From contig JAWUXT010000147.1 of the NCBI GenBank assembly GCA_034111205.1, positions 1 through 43,685 on the forward strand: 43,685 nucleotides of DNA, written 5' to 3'. Shown piece by piece: positions 38,798 to 43,685 of the stretch (positions within the stretch are counted from its first letter, which is position 1; each line of letters begins with the position of its first letter). The notes below the pieces were generated by a model. It worked only from the letters and a program-made list of their open reading frames with translations. It was not told the DNA's origin and did not search any database. Position numbers and translations under genes: made by a program. Origin of the DNA: Paraglaciecola sp. (GTDB lineage: Bacteria > Pseudomonadota > Gammaproteobacteria > Enterobacterales > Alteromonadaceae).

Positions 38798-39642
38798 TGA
38801 CAAGCATTACCAATGTAACAGCAAAAGGGTTTACACTCATTGAACTGGTAACTGTGATCATAGTTTTAGGTGTGGTGTCGGTGGGTATATCAGGCTTTAT
38901 TCGTACCGGTGTACAAATTTATGCTGATGTTACTGAGCGTGATCAGCTCTTGGGAGATAGTCGTTTTGTGGTAGAACGTATCAATCGCGAATTACGCATA
39001 GCGATCCCCAATAGCGTACGTGTTAAAGCCAATAATGCCGGCAGTATCCAGTGCCTTGAATTTGTGCCTTCAGCATGGGTCAGTTTCTATACCAGCTTAT
39101 CTGTTTTGCCCGCTTTATCGACAACGGCTAGCATAGTAGAATTTGCTAACAATGCTGCCAATTTCAGATTGAAAACCAATGATTTTGCCATTGTTTATCC
39201 CACATCAAACGTCGATGTCTATGACGTAAACAACAACAAACGAAAAGTCATCACAGCTTGCACTGTGAATGTTAATGAGGACTGCAACGAAGATGTGGAT
39301 CCTAATGGTATTGCTAAATTAACCGTCAGTGGCGCCTTTGAAGACCACTCACCTGCCTCACGTTTATACATAGCCAGAACAGCCGTGAGTTATTGCGCCC
39401 ATTCCAGTGGTGAGATATATCGCATAGAGGATAGTATCAACACAACACAAACCGTTTATTCTTTTGGCACATTAATGGCCGAAAACCTTAAAAATGATTT
39501 TACTCAGTCAAATGAAGCGCCTTTTAGAGTATACGAAGCAACCTTGTCTCGAAATGGCTTAGTGAATATTTTATTAGCCTTTGAGCGAAACGAAGAAATC
39601 ATTAACTATTCTAACGAGGTACATATTCCAAATGTACCTTAG
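38797..39642 (+). CDS. mshO: Minor pilin MshO
   Basis: G|FTLIELVTVII, RFVVERINRELRIAIPNSVR, CLEFVP and C-terminal EVHIPNVP. Confidence 0.9.
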   Translation: MTSITNVTAKGFTLIELVTVIIVLGVVSVGISGFIRTGVQIYADVTERDQLLGDSRFVVERINRELRIAIPNSVRVKANNAGSIQCLEFVPSAWVSFYTSLSVLPALSTTASIVEFANNAANFRLKTNDFAIVYPTSNVDVYDVNNNKRKVITACTVNVNEDCNEDVDPNGIAKLTVSGAFEDHSPASRLYIARTAVSYCAHSSGEIYRIEDSINTTQTVYSFGTLMAENLKNDFTQSNEAPFRVYEATLSRNGLVNILLAFERNEEIINYSNEVHIPNVP

Positions 39643-40063
39643 ATGTTACCCACAAAATTTAACAGCAACACCCGGTTCACAACGTGGCAGTATGCTAGTA
39701 ATAGCCCTATTTGTTATTATCGTTTTAGGCCTTTTAGGGCTCACCATGACACGGCTGTTGTCATCGACGTCAGAAACGATTATTCATGAGGTACTCGGGC
39801 AAAGAGCCATAAACGCAGCCAAATCTGGCATAGAGTGTGCCGTGGCAGCAAAGTTTGGTGCAGGCTGCAGCAACCCTGTTGCCAAAAATCTTAGTGGTGT
39901 AGCTGGATTAGAAAGTTGTAGTTACAGTGTGGCAGAAACCCCACCTAAGACCATTACAGACGGCGGCAAAGCATTTACCTATTTGACCTTTACTAGCACC
40001 GGGCAATGCACCGCGGGTAAGATAAACGTGACACGTTTTGTGTATATTGATGCGATGATATAG
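39632..40063 (+). CDS. mshP: Minor pilin MshP (PilX-like)
   Basis: QRG|SMLVIALFVIIVLGLLG and EVLGQRAINAAKSG. Confidence 0.88.
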   Translation: MYLRCYPQNLTATPGSQRGSMLVIALFVIIVLGLLGLTMTRLLSSTSETIIHEVLGQRAINAAKSGIECAVAAKFGAGCSNPVAKNLSGVAGLESCSYSVAETPPKTITDGGKAFTYLTFTSTGQCTAGKINVTRFVYIDAMI

Positions 40064-40074
40064 GGGGAATAGCC

Positions 40075-40233
40075 GTGAAAATACTTATCTCCTTTATAAT
40101 TGGTCTATTTAAGTTTGGCCATGAGTTTGAAACTCTCCAGTGTAGTGACTATGCAACATATACTTATTACCGTTTTGAAAATACCCGTTGCTACCAAGCA
40201 GATAGAGACTGGTCAGTAGGAGATAAATTTTGA
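40075..40233 (+). pseudogene. 52-codon ORF between mshP and mshQ, possibly the remnant of an earlier mshQ N-terminus
   Basis: SD-like GGGGG, GTG start, MKILISFIIGLFKFGHEFETLQCSDYATYTYYRFENTRCYQADRDWSVGDKF*. Its TGA overlaps the mshQ ATG. Confidence 0.4.
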
Positions 40234-43200
40234 TGCATTACAATAGTCAAAAACTGACTTACTTGCGAATACTGCCTATCCTGTTGGTCTGTTTAAGTGG
40301 AAACGTTTATGCAGCGATTAGCGACTACTGTGAAACTACCTTCGTAGATGGTGCAACTGCCCATGGTAACGGTAAAATAGAAATTGGTGACTCTCCAACA
40401 ATATATAACAATCCTGATGGTTTTCTAGCCGCAAATAAAGAAAAAGATATAGAAAAGCTAAACTGTGATGGTTTTGGGGCGTGTCAAATTTCGGGTACGG
40501 CGACAGCCCCCCTTAATTTAGGTGATTTCATAGAGAGTACAAATGATAACAACAACGTCGATGTCGATTCCTCTTCAGTCACAGTAGGTGGAACCTCAGG
40601 CCCTTATACAGGAAATAACTTTGGCACCATCAATGTTAATAACGGCGGCATACTGACTTTTAGTAGCGAGCATAACCAATACCGAATCAAGGAAATAAAT
40701 GTTCTAGAAAATGGTAATGACGCAACCTTGAATTTAACCCCAGGAGATTATTATATTGAAGAAATTGAAACTTATGAAAATACCATTATCAATATAGTTG
40801 GCTCAGGAGAGGTGCGTATTTTTTTAAGGGACCATAGCGACTTTGAAGGCAATACTCGTATCAACATTAATGGTAATGCAGGCCAATTATTGATATATGC
40901 TTATGGCAAACTCCATTTCAAAGGCAGTACAGAAATCAACGGTCTTGTCTATTCACAAGACGAAGTCGAGTTTAAAGATACCACAGTGCTCAATGGAGCC
41001 GCCTCTGCCGGAGATAAGTTAAAAATAAAAAATAATGCCAATATTTATTATAGCTGTGGTGCTAGTGAGCCTGCCCCAAATCAATGTGATGCCGTATTTC
41101 CTGATGGGGTATCCACACACAGTCTCGGAGGGACAATATCTTTTGGATACAATAGCCAATTGTTTGGGAGTGATGACAATCAGCTTGCAACCAATGACGT
41201 TAGCAAAAATGGTGGTTCAAACGTCAATACCTGTGACACGGCAGACTGCGTAGCAACAGGCATAGCCTCAAATGCTGTATCGAATGTTACCTTTCAGACC
41301 ACTTCTAGCTCAGATGATGTTCCTGTGAACTGGAAGGAAGCAGTCGTTGTGGGCAGTGGCAGCTTTTGTGGTACTGAATTCAACGATATCAATCCCGGTT
41401 ACGCTTCAAGAGCCAGTATTACTTTTTCAGCAACTCCTTCTCACTGTGATCCCGATGAGCCAGCTACTCCCAATGAGTATTGGGTAGATACGTTGGTGTT
41501 GGGCTCTGAAAACACGTTATATCTGCAAGCTGGCGGCATATACTGGATCAATCAACTTACCATGGGGAGTCAAGCAGATATTATTGTGCAAGGCTCGGGT
41601 ACCGCGCTTATTTATGTCAACCAAAGCCTCACTTTCCCCTCTCCTGGCCTGATTAATTCGCCGTCAAATAATAATACGGGTGATGCAAGCAAATTGGTGA
41701 TGTATGTGTTGTCTGATGTCACCTTTAATAACAACAGCACGTATACTGGTAGCTTGTATGTGGAAGGAAATCTAATACTAGACTCCAGCAGTTACGCATT
41801 TGGTGCAATCAGCGCCGCCGACATCCAGTTAGGCTCGGATTCTACCATCACCTATCAAAGCGGTGAAATTGCGGATACTAACTTTATGGGTATGTGCGAC
41901 GTATTCGCACCTTTATTAGAATACCGCTTTGATGAACTAAGTTGGTATGGCACGGCAGGTGAGTTAATAGACAGTAGTATTAATTCCCTAAACGGGCAGT
42001 CAGTTGGCGGAACGCTTAGCGAAGATGCACAATTATGCACAGGCGCTACTTTCGACGGTGTGAATGACCACTTTGTAGTGCCGCCAATATCAACCGACTT
42101 CTCAAGTGGTTTTTCAGCAATGGCATGGGTTGATTTTGGCAGTACTAATGAATGGGAGAGAATTTTTGATTTTGCTAATGGCGCAGCAAACAACAATATC
42201 GTTTTCACACGTAAAGGAACTTCTAACCATTTAGTCTTCGTAATTTACAATGGCAGTGCTAGTTGCGGTAACATTCAAGCCAATCACGGTATTGTATCTG
42301 GTCGCCACCACTATGCAGTGGCTGTCGCATCTGATGGCACTGTGGTTTTATACCGCGATGGCGCCGCGATAAAATCCGGTACCACTGCATGTCAGCCGCC
42401 CAATGTGACTCGTAACATTAACTATATTGGTCGCTCAAACTGGGATGATGAATATTTTGAGAGCGAAATAGATGAACTAAAAATATTCGATTCGACACTC
42501 ACAGCGGCGAATATTTCTAACATTTACAATAACGAAAATGCAGGTAACAACTACGATGGCACTGCGCGTACCTGCCCCATAATTGCCTGTGGCACGTTAA
42601 ACGCCGTTGGTATTAAAATTGGTAGTGGCGGTGGTAGCAGTGCCTCTCAAGTATATACAACAAGTGAAGCGTTAGCCATTCATGCTGCATGGCTAACTGC
42701 AAGTTCGCCTGCGACTGGTTCAATAAATACAGGCAGTGACACTTATAATGTCACTGCAAGTGGTTCAAACTCAGTTGACCGTATTGACTTTGGTGGCGCA
42801 AGTAACAAATTTGCAGGCACATTACCTTATCCCGGTGCTGATGCGGGTGTCAGTGGTGACCATTTTTTAGTGCATACTTCAGGAACGCTCAGTCTACCAG
42901 CAGGTGATTACACTATTTTTGTTGAAAGTGATGACGGTTTTAGTTTTGTTATAGATACACTTTATGGTGACACTGTCACATTTAACAAAACCCGCCCTTC
43001 AGAAGGCGGTGCAAGCAATGAATTACGGTTTGAAACCCCAACTGGCAATTCAAATACGGGGGGGTCTTTTACCTTAACTCAAGACTCTGTGTTTGATATA
43101 TCCGCAATATTATTTGAACAGGGTGGTGGTGACTATTTGGAAATTTCTATTTCCAATGATATCCGCACTTATGCCCCGCCTTCAGGTTATGAAATTCTGC

Positions 43201-43685
43201 GTCACGATGCTCTTAACGAAAAAGTAAAGTTTGGACAATGTGCTGTTACCCCCCAAATAGACCATTATCGTATTGAGCATGATGCTCAAGGTTTTACTTG
43301 TGAGGCTGAAACCGCCATCATCAAAGCCTGCGCAGATTCAAATTGTGACACTTCATACGATCAGGACACGACCATAACCTTGTCAGACTTGGGTCTAGCG
43401 GGTGATGGCTGGATGAGCGGCAATGCAATAACCATTCCGGCGGGTACAGACATCCCCATCACTTTGAGTATCACCGATGAGCGTAGCGTGAACTTCTCTA
43501 AAACCAGTGCTAATCCAAACGTGGACTTACGCTGCTTTAATGGCAGTACTGAAACCTGCGATATGACCTTTTCAAATGATGGTTTCGAACTTTATGGGGC
43601 CAGTATCGGTGACTCTTTACCCGACCAAAAGGCGGTTGATGACTTCAAAGATGTCAATTTACGGGCCGTTCGCAGTAATAATAAT
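40233..43685 (+). CDS. mshQ: MshQ-like large pilus adhesin (partial, at least 1151 aa): signal peptide, two beta-solenoid-like repeats, LamG, PA14, DUF6701-like region
   Basis: Manual translation from ATG 40233 (SD AGGAG) shows no stop to the window end. Landmarks: MHYNSQKLTYLRILPILLVCLSGNVYA; EYRFDELSW...WERIFDF...YIGRSNW...IDELKIF; DRIDFGG...SDDGF...FEQGGGDYL; IDHYRIEHDAQGFTCEAE...IKACADSNC. Confidence 0.9.
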   Translation, partial: MHYNSQKLTYLRILPILLVCLSGNVYAAISDYCETTFVDGATAHGNGKIEIGDSPTIYNNPDGFLAANKEKDIEKLNCDGFGACQISGTATAPLNLGDFIESTNDNNNVDVDSSSVTVGGTSGPYTGNNFGTINVNNGGILTFSSEHNQYRIKEINVLENGNDATLNLTPGDYYIEEIETYENTIINIVGSGEVRIFLRDHSDFEGNTRININGNAGQLLIYAYGKLHFKGSTEINGLVYSQDEVEFKDTTVLNGAASAGDKLKIKNNANIYYSCGASEPAPNQCDAVFPDGVSTHSLGGTISFGYNSQLFGSDDNQLATNDVSKNGGSNVNTCDTADCVATGIASNAVSNVTFQTTSSSDDVPVNWKEAVVVGSGSFCGTEFNDINPGYASRASITFSATPSHCDPDEPATPNEYWVDTLVLGSENTLYLQAGGIYWINQLTMGSQADIIVQGSGTALIYVNQSLTFPSPGLINSPSNNNTGDASKLVMYVLSDVTFNNNSTYTGSLYVEGNLILDSSSYAFGAISAADIQLGSDSTITYQSGEIADTNFMGMCDVFAPLLEYRFDELSWYGTAGELIDSSINSLNGQSVGGTLSEDAQLCTGATFDGVNDHFVVPPISTDFSSGFSAMAWVDFGSTNEWERIFDFANGAANNNIVFTRKGTSNHLVFVIYNGSASCGNIQANHGIVSGRHHYAVAVASDGTVVLYRDGAAIKSGTTACQPPNVTRNINYIGRSNWDDEYFESEIDELKIFDSTLTAANISNIYNNENAGNNYDGTARTCPIIACGTLNAVGIKIGSGGGSSASQVYTTSEALAIHAAWLTASSPATGSINTGSDTYNVTASGSNSVDRIDFGGASNKFAGTLPYPGADAGVSGDHFLVHTSGTLSLPAGDYTIFVESDDGFSFVIDTLYGDTVTFNKTRPSEGGASNELRFETPTGNSNTGGSFTLTQDSVFDISAILFEQGGGDYLEISISNDIRTYAPPSGYEILRHDALNEKVKFGQCAVTPQIDHYRIEHDAQGFTCEAETAIIKACADSNCDTSYDQDTTITLSDLGLAGDGWMSGNAITIPAGTDIPITLSITDERSVNFSKTSANPNVDLRCFNGSTETCDMTFSNDGFELYGASIGDSLPDQKAVDDFKDVNLRAVRSNNN

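Noticed and set aside
41035-42208. 72-aa and 117-aa ORFs from the track
   Set aside because: They are shadow frames of the long mshQ ORF, which the track omitted because it has no stop inside the window.
1-43685. CRISPR arrays, integrases, transposases, prophage, defence systems, tRNA/rRNA
   Set aside because: I saw no repeat-spacer periodicity or characteristic motifs. The remaining small antisense ORFs overlap well-supported genes and lack independent signals.

Overview
AT-rich (roughly 40% GC, judged by eye) gammaproteobacterial chromosome segment. Gene content is consistent with a marine Alteromonadaceae (Paraglaciecola/Glaciecola-like), but I cannot verify the species. The left 26 kb is mostly housekeeping: a partial OmpA-family gene, yjbQ, cheX, zur, nudC, hemE, a PhoD-like phosphoesterase, an S1/P1 nuclease, mpl, fbp, a membrane pyrophosphatase divergent from ppa, a Gfo/Idh/MocA oxidoreductase, a DUF3299 protein, a thioesterase, uvrA, a YajR-like MFS, ssb, a REC-GGDEF-EAL protein, a TonB-dependent receptor and a PAS-AraC regulator. 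The right 17.4 kb is an MSHA type IVa pilus cluster (mshI to mshQ; mshQ runs off the window end and is missing from the ORF track). I found no mobile element, CRISPR array, rRNA or tRNA. Items not explained by the ORF track: (1) a candidate sRNA of about 80 nt between nudC and hemE with its own promoter and terminator; (2) a perfect 20-bp inverted repeat that appears to have overwritten the yjbQ start; (3) a tandem second copy of the hppA 3' end that differs mostly at synonymous sites; (4) three decayed genes (thiH, an MCP, a sugar-phosphate isomerase); (5) a modular MshQ adhesin with two beta-solenoid-like repeats, LamG, PA14 and DUF6701-like regions. In addition, the REC-GGDEF-EAL protein looks catalytically degenerate and sits in the slot where Vibrio has csrD/mshH.
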